This document shows positions 15,435 through 24,875 of a stretch of DNA of 39,456 nucleotides, piece after piece; positions within the stretch are counted from its first letter, which is position 1; each line of letters starts with the position of its first letter. Where the stretch lies: the IMG/VR virus record IMGVR_UViG_3300020043_002150, positions 1 through 39,456 of that record; one strand, 5' to 3'. Source of the stretch: a virus. Taxonomy: Duplodnaviria > Caudoviricetes. The translations under genes were made by a program, and so were the position numbers. Below the pieces are notes generated by a model. The model was given only the letters and a program-made list of their open reading frames with translations, searched no databases and had not been told where the DNA came from.

Positions 15435-18005
15435 TTACATTCCGCCTAATAAAAATGATGGGGTGAAGTCTGTCGTAGAACTTCCGCCGCTTGGTGTTTG
15501 CCAAGTAATAACGCCTGAACCATTCGTGGTAGGCACCTGTCCGTTTGTTCCGTCTGCCGCTGGAAACTTATAGTTAGGAAAGTCAGTAGTTAAATCATCG
15601 TTAAACTTCCATAAGTTTGTTGTGCCATTTATACCAATGTTCAGGCTGTCATCAGCATTATCAAGGTATATATAGGCACCGTGTCCAATACCGCCATTGA
15701 CGGTAAAACCATTAGTAGGACCAATGCCATCACCAACTGCGATATTTGGTGAGTTTAATGTCACACTAACACCTACACCAGTAGAAAACGCACCAGCACC
15801 ATTTACAACACTTACACCAGCAAACTGAACTGAATCAGTAGTGTTTAAACTTTGATCAAATGGGTTAGCACCCGCAGCCCAACTCATATTACCACTGGTA
15901 TCACTGACCAATGCCCAACCACTTGTGCCTGGATAAGCATCAGGTAAAATATAAGCCTGAGTGCCAGCAACAGCAGGAGCAGTCATAGTAATACTACCGC
16001 TTGTGCTGCCGTTCCATTGTATGCTTGTATCTGTAGTGACTTTGTTAAATGACACATTGTCGGTTGTGTTTAAGTCTTGATCAAATATGTTCTGTGTATC
16101 TTGTGCTGTCCATAGTTGAGTAGCCGCAACATAAGTCAATACCTGATTGTTAGTTGGTGGATTAGTGATTAAATCCACATCGTGAATCTCTGCTAACTCA
16201 TAACCGTTTTGAACTCTAACAAAAATCTCACCTGCTGATACATTAGATTTAACAACAACACCAATATATACCAAGTGCTCTGGAGCATATGGTTTTACAT
16301 TAGTGACACTACCTGGAGTGCTGCCAAGATAAAGAGCATCACCTTCAGCAAATGCCAAAGTATTTACGCCTGTGATAAGACCTTGTGTAATAACCAGACC
16401 TTGAGCACCATTATTGATGCTTGCGTCATAGACCAAGCCCAATGATTTAGCACTGGTAGCGTCACCACTATTGTCAGCAAGTTTAACCGTGGGATTATTG
16501 CCAGTAGCACCGAATAGATATACTACTTGTCCGATAGTAATAGTAGAACCTTCTTGGTTTCTTACTTCTGCGAATACTTGTTGAACATCTGTAGGTGTAA
16601 TACCAGAAGAACTAATGTTGATAGTATTAGCATCTACTTGAGCAACCGTGATGTTAGTGCCACTTTGGAATGTCACCGTATCAGTAGTAGAATCACTGCC
16701 AACCAAGTTTAAGTTAGCACCACCAGTTGTCGCTGAAGCGTTTTGTGTATAAGTTGTATTAGTATCTGTGCTTGATACGGTAATAGTATTAGCATCTGTT
16801 CTTGTCACGGTAGTAGCACCACTGCCCAAATAAGCAACGGTATCAGTAGTAGAATCACTACCTACAAGATTTAGATTGGCACCGCCAGTTGTTGCTGTAG
16901 CATCAACGGTATATGTGGTTCCAGGGCTTGTGTTAGCAAATGTAATAGTATTAGCATCCGTTCTAACAATACTCATTCCAGTGCCTTCAGCAAACTTGAT
17001 AGTGTCTGTTGTGCTGTCACTACCAACAAGGTTAAAGTCGGCACCGCCAGTTGTTGCTGTAGCATCAATGGTGTAAGTTGTATTAGTGTCTGGATTGGCT
17101 ACCCAACTCATCGTGCCGCCTGTAGTAGAACTTAAAACATAACCATTTACACCAGGATACGCATCAGGTAAAACATATGCCTGTGTGCCTGCTATAGCAG
17201 GACTGGATAAAGTCACCGTGCCACTGGTAGAACCATTTAATGTAAGATCACCACCTTGAATAGTTAAATCACCGTATGTGCTGACATTCTGTCCAGACAA
17301 CTCAAGGGCAGTATTAGTGCTTGAATAGATAGTATTACCGCTAACACGCATATCACCGCCAACGGTTAAAAAGTCTGCGATAGTAGCATCGTTATTACTT
17401 ACCGTGATCGCAGTGACACCAGCACTGGACTTGATAGTGCCCGCAGTTAGTTGTATGCTGTTGAAAGTTGGATCGGCTGTAGTAGCAACATCTTGACCAA
17501 TATTGATGCTAACTTCTGTAGGACTTACATAAGTGTTAGTCACGCCTGTGCCGTTAGTTAGTTTAATGGTATTAGTTGTAGAGTCGCTGCCAGTTAGTGT
17601 AAGGTTAGAACCACCAGTAGTAGAACTTGCTGTATAAGTGTAAGTTGTATTTGTATCAGTGCCATCAATAGTAATAGTATTAGCATCTGTTCTACTAACC
17701 GTAATGTTAGTTCCACTGGCGAATTTAATGGTATCAGTAGTGCTATCGCTGCCTACAAGATTGAAGTTTGCTCCGCCAGTAGTTGTCGAAGCATCAATAG
17801 TATAAGTTGCTCCACCTGATGCTGGTGCCCACGACATATTACCGCTGGTGTCGCTGACTAACGCATATCCAGTGACTGCTGGTAATGCTGTTGGTAAGGT
17901 ATATGATAGATCACTGCCAGTAGCAGAGTTGTTTAGACTCGTGCTGCCACTGGTTGCCCCACCGATTGTAAGTCCGTTGCGGACTCTAAAGTTTTTTGTT
18001 GTCAT
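15435..18005 (-). CDS. Tail fibre protein with tandem ~52-aa repeats
   Basis: Five TYT....TTGG[AS][ND]..L.GSDSTT.T repeats and three GxTSG...Y.LP.A.P...G.MSW repeats. Confidence 0.8.
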   Translation of the reverse strand: MTTKNFRVRNGLTIGGATSGSTSLNNSATGSDLSYTLPTALPAVTGYALVSDTSGNMSWAPASGGATYTIDASTTTGGANFNLVGSDSTTDTIKFASGTNITVSRTDANTITIDGTDTNTTYTYTASSTTGGSNLTLTGSDSTTNTIKLTNGTGVTNTYVSPTEVSINIGQDVATTADPTFNSIQLTAGTIKSSAGVTAITVSNNDATIADFLTVGGDMRVSGNTIYSSTNTALELSGQNVSTYGDLTIQGGDLTLNGSTSGTVTLSSPAIAGTQAYVLPDAYPGVNGYVLSSTTGGTMSWVANPDTNTTYTIDATATTGGADFNLVGSDSTTDTIKFAEGTGMSIVRTDANTITFANTSPGTTYTVDATATTGGANLNLVGSDSTTDTVAYLGSGATTVTRTDANTITVSSTDTNTTYTQNASATTGGANLNLVGSDSTTDTVTFQSGTNITVAQVDANTINISSSGITPTDVQQVFAEVRNQEGSTITIGQVVYLFGATGNNPTVKLADNSGDATSAKSLGLVYDASINNGAQGLVITQGLITGVNTLAFAEGDALYLGSTPGSVTNVKPYAPEHLVYIGVVVKSNVSAGEIFVRVQNGYELAEIHDVDLITNPPTNNQVLTYVAATQLWTAQDTQNIFDQDLNTTDNVSFNKVTTDTSIQWNGSTSGSITMTAPAVAGTQAYILPDAYPGTSGWALVSDTSGNMSWAAGANPFDQSLNTTDSVQFAGVSVVNGAGAFSTGVGVSVTLNSPNIAVGDGIGPTNGFTVNGGIGHGAYIYLDNADDSLNIGINGTTNLWKFNDDLTTDFPNYKFPAADGTNGQVPTTNGSGVITWQTPSGGSSTTDFTPSFLLGGM

Positions 18006-18028
18006 AGGTTCAGTTTCCCCTGTTCTAT

Positions 18029-18034
18029 TATTTA
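18029..18034 (-). promoter_or_regulatory. TAAATA box upstream of the tail fibre operon
   Basis: GACTAAATAATAG overlapping the upstream stop codon. Confidence 0.7.
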
Positions 18035-20269
18035 GTCGCCAAGGCTATGTCGCATAACCGTGATATCAGTGCTGTTTGTAGATAATGGTGAAGCATAAAG
18101 AACCAAACTTGTTCCGTTATCTGTGACCGTAAAAGTAGCCAATGGTGCGTCACTGAATATTTCACCATAGATAGTAATGTAAGCAGCCGCAGTAGAAGTT
18201 TTTCTTATAGCCAAATACTCTACGGCGTGTATAGCACCTGTGACATCATCAGTGACCGTGACAAACCCTTTCATCGCTTTTCTGGTTGTGCTCATAATCT
18301 GATAAGGCGTTGTCTGCGTAATATTATTATAGTTGCCTGTGGCTTGTGTAGTAGTTCCATTTTGAGTTAGTAAAGCCTCTACACCAACATTCCAAGTATT
18401 ACCTTGAACACCTAAAATAATCTCTCCGCCACCTGCTAATGTGCCATCACCAGCACCACCAATATTGATAGTAGTAGCAGTATTAGTAAAAATATTAGCA
18501 GTTGTAGAAGTTGTAGTTATATCACCGCCATTGACAGCAACATCTCCGCTGAATTTGCCATTACCCGCAACATCTAAAACTTCTGTTGGAGTATTAGTGC
18601 CAACACCAAGATTGCCAAGGTTAAACCATTGGTTAGTAGGATCAAACTGAAGTCTATTAGGACCTGGAGCAGGATTCGTGCCGTAAGTTAAACTCAATAA
18701 ATCATCACCGTCATTCATTGTCCATAATGCCGTGCGTTCTCCAGTAGTCATAGCAAACTGAGTAATACCGTCTTGACCCTGATCAATATGAAGTTCGTAA
18801 TCTGGAGCAGTATTATTGATTCCAACTCTGTTATTAGTAGCATCTACAAATAAAACTCCGCTATCAACGCTTATACCTTTAGATATTTCGAACTGACTAT
18901 CAGCATAGTTATATAATATTTCGGCAGTGGCATTAAAACGCATAGCACTATCAACGGCACTATTGTCGCTGTTTAAGTTTAGATAATCGCCTTTGATATT
19001 GACGATACCATCCATTTCTATTGTTCCGCTGGCACTATCTAATAATAAATCACCAGTAGTTGTAGAGATAGTATTATCTGTATCAACAGCAATAGTAATA
19101 TTGCCAAATGTGCTGCCACCACCACCAGGTAGTGCCCAAGATAAATTACCACTGCCATCGTTAGTTAAAACGGTGAAAGCACCACCAGCAGAACCTGGTA
19201 ATGTATATGTTAGTGTTGAACCTGTAGCAGGAGCATTAAAAGTAGAACTACCGCTGGTGCTACCACTCACGGTTATACCGCCTTCTAATGTTAAATTTCC
19301 GCTACTATCTAATATTGCTTTGTTATCATAAACAGCACCATTTTTCATTAGTCCAAAACGCATACTAAAATCTTCACTACCAGGAGTATTGTCGTCCATT
19401 CTTACGCTGATATAGCCAGAATTTAGATTACCGCTGGAAGTGGATTCGGTTTGAAAATCTAATGCTGTAGCAAATCCGACATTAGTAGTGCCTGAACTTT
19501 GTGCTACTAATAATACTGGTGCTACTTTTGAGTTGGTAGTAGCCGCAGTTTGAGTAATGTATATGTTATCGTCTAATCGCCATTGTGTTCCGTTCCAACG
19601 CAGAGTCGAAGTGCCAGCACTATATTTTGCTGTGATAACACTATCACTGGCACCAGCATCATTGTTTAATGTAATGTTGCCGTTTAATAATAAGTTCTCA
19701 AAAGTAGGGCTGGCAGAAGTAGCCACATCTTGTCCAATAGATGTAGTAATAGTATTAGCATCTGTTCTAACAATGGTGACACCTGTGCCACTGGCAAACT
19801 TTACACTATCAGTTGTAGCATCGCTGCCAACTAAAGTAAGGTTAGCACCACCAGTTGTAGTGTCTGCTTGTATAGAGTAGTTAGTGTCTAAACTTTGAAC
19901 ATCAGCCCAGTATAATATGCCATTACCATCAGTAGCCAATATTTGATCTGCTGTGCCATCGGCTAATGGGAATAAGTAATTACCCGTAGATAACTGGTTT
20001 TGTATTGTGGTCACACCTGTGTCACCACCAATGCTTATTGCTGTGGCACTATTACCAAAGTTTATAGTTGTTGCGTTGGCAGGCAATAAACTAAAAGCAC
20101 TACAATCAGTTAAAATGGCACAGCCATTGACGGTCAGTGTGCCGCTGATAATAACATTGTCACCACTGGGAACATAATTATTATTACCACTATATAAAGT
20201 AGTATAGTTGCTACTTGACACCGTTCCGCTCGGTGGTGTAGATCCGTATAATGAACTATTGTCTGCCAT
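18032..20269 (-). CDS. Tail fibre protein
   Basis: G/S/T-rich, with fibre motifs (NRVGINNTAP..LHI, NLGVGTNTP..LDVAG). Shares the TTGGANLTLVGSD repeat with its neighbour. Confidence 0.8.
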   Translation of the reverse strand: MADNSSLYGSTPPSGTVSSSNYTTLYSGNNNYVPSGDNVIISGTLTVNGCAILTDCSAFSLLPANATTINFGNSATAISIGGDTGVTTIQNQLSTGNYLFPLADGTADQILATDGNGILYWADVQSLDTNYSIQADTTTGGANLTLVGSDATTDSVKFASGTGVTIVRTDANTITTSIGQDVATSASPTFENLLLNGNITLNNDAGASDSVITAKYSAGTSTLRWNGTQWRLDDNIYITQTAATTNSKVAPVLLVAQSSGTTNVGFATALDFQTESTSSGNLNSGYISVRMDDNTPGSEDFSMRFGLMKNGAVYDNKAILDSSGNLTLEGGITVSGSTSGSSTFNAPATGSTLTYTLPGSAGGAFTVLTNDGSGNLSWALPGGGGSTFGNITIAVDTDNTISTTTGDLLLDSASGTIEMDGIVNIKGDYLNLNSDNSAVDSAMRFNATAEILYNYADSQFEISKGISVDSGVLFVDATNNRVGINNTAPDYELHIDQGQDGITQFAMTTGERTALWTMNDGDDLLSLTYGTNPAPGPNRLQFDPTNQWFNLGNLGVGTNTPTEVLDVAGNGKFSGDVAVNGGDITTTSTTANIFTNTATTINIGGAGDGTLAGGGEIILGVQGNTWNVGVEALLTQNGTTTQATGNYNNITQTTPYQIMSTTRKAMKGFVTVTDDVTGAIHAVEYLAIRKTSTAAAYITIYGEIFSDAPLATFTVTDNGTSLVLYASPLSTNSTDITVMRHSLGD

Positions 20270-20278
20270 TGTATTTCC

Positions 20279-21487
20279 TTATTTGTAAGCGAAGTTTCTG
20301 TATTGGCGAGGTTGCCATACTGAAGTTAGTTTGGTGTGTCCGCCACTCCACTTACCTAAATTGTTTTGATCTTCTACGATGTTATAAGCATTGTCGAACT
20401 TTGCCGCATACACTTGAGCGTCCTCAGCGTTATGACGCTTGATGTAGTATTCACGCAAAGTAGCATAAACATAGCCTTCAGCCCAAGTCTGTAGAACAGG
20501 ATTAGTTTGAACGGTTAAATCTGTGACTTTAATATTAGTTATCGTGCCACCTGCTGGGCTTGTTCCGCCAGTCACTGAAACTCTAATACTTGTGCTGGTT
20601 AAAAGTTCTGTGACAATAGCAGTAGTAAAGCCTGTGCCTAAACTACCTGTTCCAGATGTAGCAGTAATATGATCACCGACATTTAATCCATTGATATCAG
20701 TCATACCAACAATGTCAATAATCCAAGGACCTGTGCCTGAAACTGGATTTACACTACCAGTAGCACTGATTAGTTGATCTTCTACAGGACTGAATAGCAA
20801 CTGCCAAGCACGATAGTAATACATATTGATTAAATCACCTTCGGCAACATAAGGCAAGAATTGATACTTGTCTGCTACTTCACTGAATTTACCACGAATA
20901 ACACTGGGAACATTCACTGGTTGTAAGTATAACTGAGCAATCATACCTTGTGTGATAATATCTCTGTCACCAATACGGTCATAGACAATCCAAGGACCTG
21001 TTTGGCTGCTTTGTCCGTTAGAAGCAAATACGATGGTGCCACTAACAGCACCAGTATTAGCCAAACTTAAAGTGACTATACTGCCACTACCACCACCGCC
21101 TGATATGTTATTGATAACTGCGTTGGCAGCAATACCAGTTCCTGACACAACCATACCATTTGCTATTTGTTGTGCTGGTGTAGAAGTTAGAGTAATAGTG
21201 TATTGACCACTTGTGCCTGTGGCAGTAGCATCAGTAGTGACTTGTGTGCCTTGCTTAAAGAATAAGATAGGTTTGTTCATATCACCAGGAATAGGTATTC
21301 TGCCATTAGCATCAGCGATACCAATGTTTTCAATGGCATATGGATCACAGCGTAGTGCTGGTAATTCAATGTTTCTCATTGACATCTCTGCCATAAAAAT
21401 ACATTTCTTTATCTCAGCATCATTGGTAGAACCAGTAAAGTCTTTGATGAATGTGACAAGGTCGTCAGCGGTTGGGATTACAAACAT
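20279..21487 (-). CDS. Head-tail adaptor-like protein with two inserted beta domains
   Basis: Helical N-terminus (I..CI.MAE....R) and C-terminus (N..L..W...Y.YA.L.E) typical of podophage adaptors; located downstream of the capsid gene. Confidence 0.65.
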   Translation of the reverse strand: MFVIPTADDLVTFIKDFTGSTNDAEIKKCIFMAEMSMRNIELPALRCDPYAIENIGIADANGRIPIPGDMNKPILFFKQGTQVTTDATATGTSGQYTITLTSTPAQQIANGMVVSGTGIAANAVINNISGGGGSGSIVTLSLANTGAVSGTIVFASNGQSSQTGPWIVYDRIGDRDIITQGMIAQLYLQPVNVPSVIRGKFSEVADKYQFLPYVAEGDLINMYYYRAWQLLFSPVEDQLISATGSVNPVSGTGPWIIDIVGMTDINGLNVGDHITATSGTGSLGTGFTTAIVTELLTSTSIRVSVTGGTSPAGGTITNIKVTDLTVQTNPVLQTWAEGYVYATLREYYIKRHNAEDAQVYAAKFDNAYNIVEDQNNLGKWSGGHTKLTSVWQPRQYRNFAYK

Positions 21488-21489
21488 TA

Positions 21490-22077
21490 TTAGTGTCCTC
21501 TAAAGTATTTTTGTTCGCCTTTTTTCGTAGGATAAGGCACATCTATTGGAATAGGTAATTTACCACCTGGGTAGCAAACATATTCTGGGTATTCTCGCTC
21601 AACAACTCTATAAAACTGGGCTTTGAGTGTTCTGTCATTTTTAATGGCATTCCAAGGGATACCATCAAAGTATTGATCACTAATACGGATACTGATAACT
21701 GACGGTAATTCCATCCATTTATAGGTTAGTTTGCCATCTTCACCAATAGGTGCCATAGGATCAGGTATGCCTTTTTCGGCAGCGTGTCTATAATTCTTTA
21801 CTCGTAGTTTAATCTCGTCAGTGTTCTGCTGTTCTCGTTTGATGTAAAACTTACCATCTTCTCTGCCAGTAGTGACAATGATATTACCACTCTTGTTAGT
21901 ATCAGTTCTTTTCCAATCACCTTTCATACTATTATACAAGTCATTATTTTTAGATAGCAATCTATCAGCAACACCGTTGTGGCTGGTAATCATACCACCG
22001 TGGTCTTGTCTCCAGTAATCGTGATTTTTTTCTGGGTCTTTATCGTCCAGATATTCGGGTTGATTTAAGTCGTTCAT
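21490..22077 (-). CDS. Hypothetical protein (morphogenesis region)
   Basis: 195 aa; TAAATA(22083-22088)-N5-ATG start. Confidence 0.8.
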   Translation of the reverse strand: MNDLNQPEYLDDKDPEKNHDYWRQDHGGMITSHNGVADRLLSKNNDLYNSMKGDWKRTDTNKSGNIIVTTGREDGKFYIKREQQNTDEIKLRVKNYRHAAEKGIPDPMAPIGEDGKLTYKWMELPSVISIRISDQYFDGIPWNAIKNDRTLKAQFYRVVEREYPEYVCYPGGKLPIPIDVPYPTKKGEQKYFRGH

Positions 22078-22091
22078 AGTATTATTTAGCC

Positions 22092-22119
22092 AAACAAAAG
22101 GGCAACCGAAGTTGCCCTT
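22092..22119 (-). terminator. Intrinsic terminator after the major capsid gene, with C(UUCG)G tetraloop
   Basis: AAGGGCAAC-TTCG-GTTGCCCTT-TTGTTT. Confidence 0.88.
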
Positions 22120-22142
22120 GTCACTTATAATCTTATAAAGAT

Positions 22143-23312
22143 TTAAGCAGTGACATCGCCAGGACCGAAGTTCGTGCGGCTTACCAACTCGGCTGGGCGA
22201 GCACTTGGCAATGAACTGCTTGTGCCTGCTGTGATGTTGTTTAGAACACCAACACCTGCTGGGTTGCGAACGATCAAAGTTCCTTCCATAATGAATTGAT
22301 CCAATGATGCGTCGGCATTACTGAAAACTTCATTATTTGGTCCAAGATCACGCAATGAACCCCACTGGAGAACATCCTCGTTTAGGAAGTAGATGCTGTT
22401 AGCATTTACCGTATCCATAATCCAAGAATCAAAGATCTCGTATGTGTAGTTGAAGTCACCTTCGTAAGTCTGTATCGTGTCGCCACGCTCAGAATTTACA
22501 CGGTTGATACCTCTTGACTGAGGCATATTGTCGCTCAATGAAGTGCGTAGGCTTGTTGGAGCAACAACCGTGCGGATTTTAGCGTTATAACGCTGTTCAG
22601 CAACCGTGACTAACTGCTTGTATAACGCTGGGCTAAACAATTGGTTAGTGAAAGTTCCGCCATAGTAGTAATTACCATTAGCATAAATGCGTAGAGCATT
22701 GCTGATTTGTGTAGAACTATCTGTATCTTCGTTGTTATAGAATGTATCTAAACCACTTTGTGTTCCAGAAGTTGTGTTGAAAGACATAGTGCCTGCGAAT
22801 GAGTTTAAAGAACCCATACGACGACCTGTCTGACCACTTGGCAAACCACTTGCTGTGCCAGATTGACCAGCATACTTCGTTCCGATTTGGTCAGCACGAA
22901 CTAATTGTTGTTCCACATCGAACATCAACTCAATCAATTGTTTTACCTCTTGATATTGTTGAGGATCGCCACCACTTTGTAGAACGGCACGAGCAGTTCC
23001 AGAAGCGGCAATAACCGTTGAGAAGATTTGTGTGTAGTTGCCCAAGTTATAGCGTTGATTGCTCTCTGCTTGACTTGTAGATACAGCGGCACCTTCTACT
23101 TGTGCTTGAACTTGTGGAGCACGATAGATGTCATCAGTCCATAGTGGCAAAGTAGAATTTACTTTACGCTTTTTGGACATAGCCATATTTAAAACTGGTG
23201 TGTCGTCCTTGACACGATTAGACACATCAAGGTCTAAATCTTTAACAACGATATCAGCACTATAAGGTAGTGTTGTGCCATTGCCAATTTGGGATGTTGT
23301 AATTTCTGCCAT
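22143..23312 (-). CDS. Major capsid protein (SU10/DUF5309-like family)
   Basis: 389 aa; DL...DTP.L...W..D...EG...NYTQIF motifs. Follows the scaffold gene, with a strong SD and downstream terminator. Confidence 0.88.
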   Translation of the reverse strand: MAEITTSQIGNGTTLPYSADIVVKDLDLDVSNRVKDDTPVLNMAMSKKRKVNSTLPLWTDDIYRAPQVQAQVEGAAVSTSQAESNQRYNLGNYTQIFSTVIAASGTARAVLQSGGDPQQYQEVKQLIELMFDVEQQLVRADQIGTKYAGQSGTASGLPSGQTGRRMGSLNSFAGTMSFNTTSGTQSGLDTFYNNEDTDSSTQISNALRIYANGNYYYGGTFTNQLFSPALYKQLVTVAEQRYNAKIRTVVAPTSLRTSLSDNMPQSRGINRVNSERGDTIQTYEGDFNYTYEIFDSWIMDTVNANSIYFLNEDVLQWGSLRDLGPNNEVFSNADASLDQFIMEGTLIVRNPAGVGVLNNITAGTSSSLPSARPAELVSRTNFGPGDVTA

Positions 23313-23335
23313 TTTATTTTCCTTTAATAATGGTA

Positions 23336-24502
23336 TTATCTTCCACTTCTACTTGCTCGAATTCTACTGAGTTGAGCAACTAAAAGGTTGTCGGCGGCTT
23401 TCTTGTCGCCTTTATTGGCTTGCTCACGAAGTTTGCTTATGTCATCGCCCTGATTCTTATTAGTTGTAGAACCTTTGCGTTGAGTTAGGGCTGCCATACT
23501 TGAACCTGCTGATTTTGTCGTTGGTTTATCTCTGTAGCGAAGACCGTCACGGACTAAACTCAAAAGAGCCTCATCACTGCTGATTAGGTCAATATTAGGA
23601 ACACCTGGAATGATCTCGTCTTTAGCATTCTTCCAAAGTTTGCTAACCTTATCACGAACCTCATTATAGACATATTCGTTTCTCAACTCTTTGTCTGTAA
23701 ATCCTTTTCGTGCCGCATCTAATCGCTCGCTTACTTGCTGTGCTCTGACTTGTCTGAACTGATCTACAGCAGGTTTTAACTGACTTATGGTCTGTTGTTG
23801 CTGTTGAATCCATCGCTCATTCTGTGCCATACTTGCTTGTATTCTTGCTCTTGTTGCGGGATCATTTGTTCTGCTCAATTGTTGCTCGAATGTGATGTTA
23901 AAATTCTGTGTTTTTAGAATCTCATCATATGCTTGCTGTAATTTAGGCTGAACGGTAAATTCCATTGCTAAAGTTAAACCTTCTTGTCTGGCTTGTGTCT
24001 CTTGGAGATACTCGTCAAACTCTGCTCGTTCTATCTTTAACTGCCTTGCTTCTTCGTGTATTGCTGAACCCTGTCCTAAAATGGCTGCGGCTTTCTTGGC
24101 ATCAATAACTACTTCTTTACCGTTCTTCATAAACTTGAACTTGGCGTTCGGGTTAGTTTCTGCGAATTCGATAAAATCAATAAGTTCGTCTGCCGAAGAA
24201 TCATTACTATCAGTGCTTACCTCTTCAGGGGCATCTGCTTCTTGATTGTCGCTTGCTTCTTCTGGAGCAAAGATATCATCAACTTCTGGCATAGCATCAC
24301 TGCTATCGTTTGCCACAGGGCTTGATGGCTGTTCTGCCTCTCCATCTACTCCTGTCGCAGTTGGTTTAGTAGCACCAATTTGATTACGCAAAGTGCTTTC
24401 ACGCATCGCGGTCATTTTAGCGGCTATTGAGTCTAAACTCGGGACTGCTTGTGATTCAGTGACCGCACCCACTGGGGTGTTAGGACTAATCGTATCTGTC
24501 AT
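23336..24502 (-). CDS. Capsid scaffolding protein
   Basis: Acidic disordered N-terminus, K.NG.E motif, Gln-rich coiled coil and basic helical C-terminus; lies between portal and capsid genes. Confidence 0.8.
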   Translation of the reverse strand: MTDTISPNTPVGAVTESQAVPSLDSIAAKMTAMRESTLRNQIGATKPTATGVDGEAEQPSSPVANDSSDAMPEVDDIFAPEEASDNQEADAPEEVSTDSNDSSADELIDFIEFAETNPNAKFKFMKNGKEVVIDAKKAAAILGQGSAIHEEARQLKIERAEFDEYLQETQARQEGLTLAMEFTVQPKLQQAYDEILKTQNFNITFEQQLSRTNDPATRARIQASMAQNERWIQQQQQTISQLKPAVDQFRQVRAQQVSERLDAARKGFTDKELRNEYVYNEVRDKVSKLWKNAKDEIIPGVPNIDLISSDEALLSLVRDGLRYRDKPTTKSAGSSMAALTQRKGSTTNKNQGDDISKLREQANKGDKKAADNLLVAQLSRIRASRSGR

Positions 24503-24513
24503 TTATTTTTCCT

Positions 24514-24858
24514 TTAATTAGTATCGGGCGACTCAGTGTTGCTTACGATACGACTTTTCAAATATGCTGCCCGTTTAAGGCTGCTTACGAAACTATCAAT
24601 GCCTACAAGTTGATTACTTAAAGCAACTCTTTCAGCATCATCGTTTGGAGTGTGACCCCTCATATTACACAAAGCGTCAGTCACTTCAAACTTATAATGG
24701 TGTATGAACATAGCCAGGTCCTTGTTCTTTAACAAGTTCTCTGCCTGTGATCCATAATGTCGAACTCTGTCCAGTTGTTCTGGCTTCAAGTTCTTTATAC
24801 TGCTCAAATCTACATTCAATCGGGAGTTATAAAACTCCACCGTATTATCGTTTATCAT
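24514..24858 (-). CDS. Hypothetical head-morphogenesis protein
   Basis: 114-aa helical protein between portal and scaffold; TAAATA(24864-24869)-N5-ATG start. Confidence 0.75.
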   Translation of the reverse strand: MINDNTVEFYNSRLNVDLSSIKNLKPEQLDRVRHYGSQAENLLKNKDLAMFIHHYKFEVTDALCNMRGHTPNDDAERVALSNQLVGIDSFVSSLKRAAYLKSRIVSNTESPDTN

Positions 24859-24875
24859 AACTTTATTTAGTCATT

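Noticed and set aside
13221-20269. Diversity-generating retroelement or invertible tail-fibre cassette
   Set aside because: No reverse transcriptase or recombinase gene. Repeat differences are not adenine-specific.
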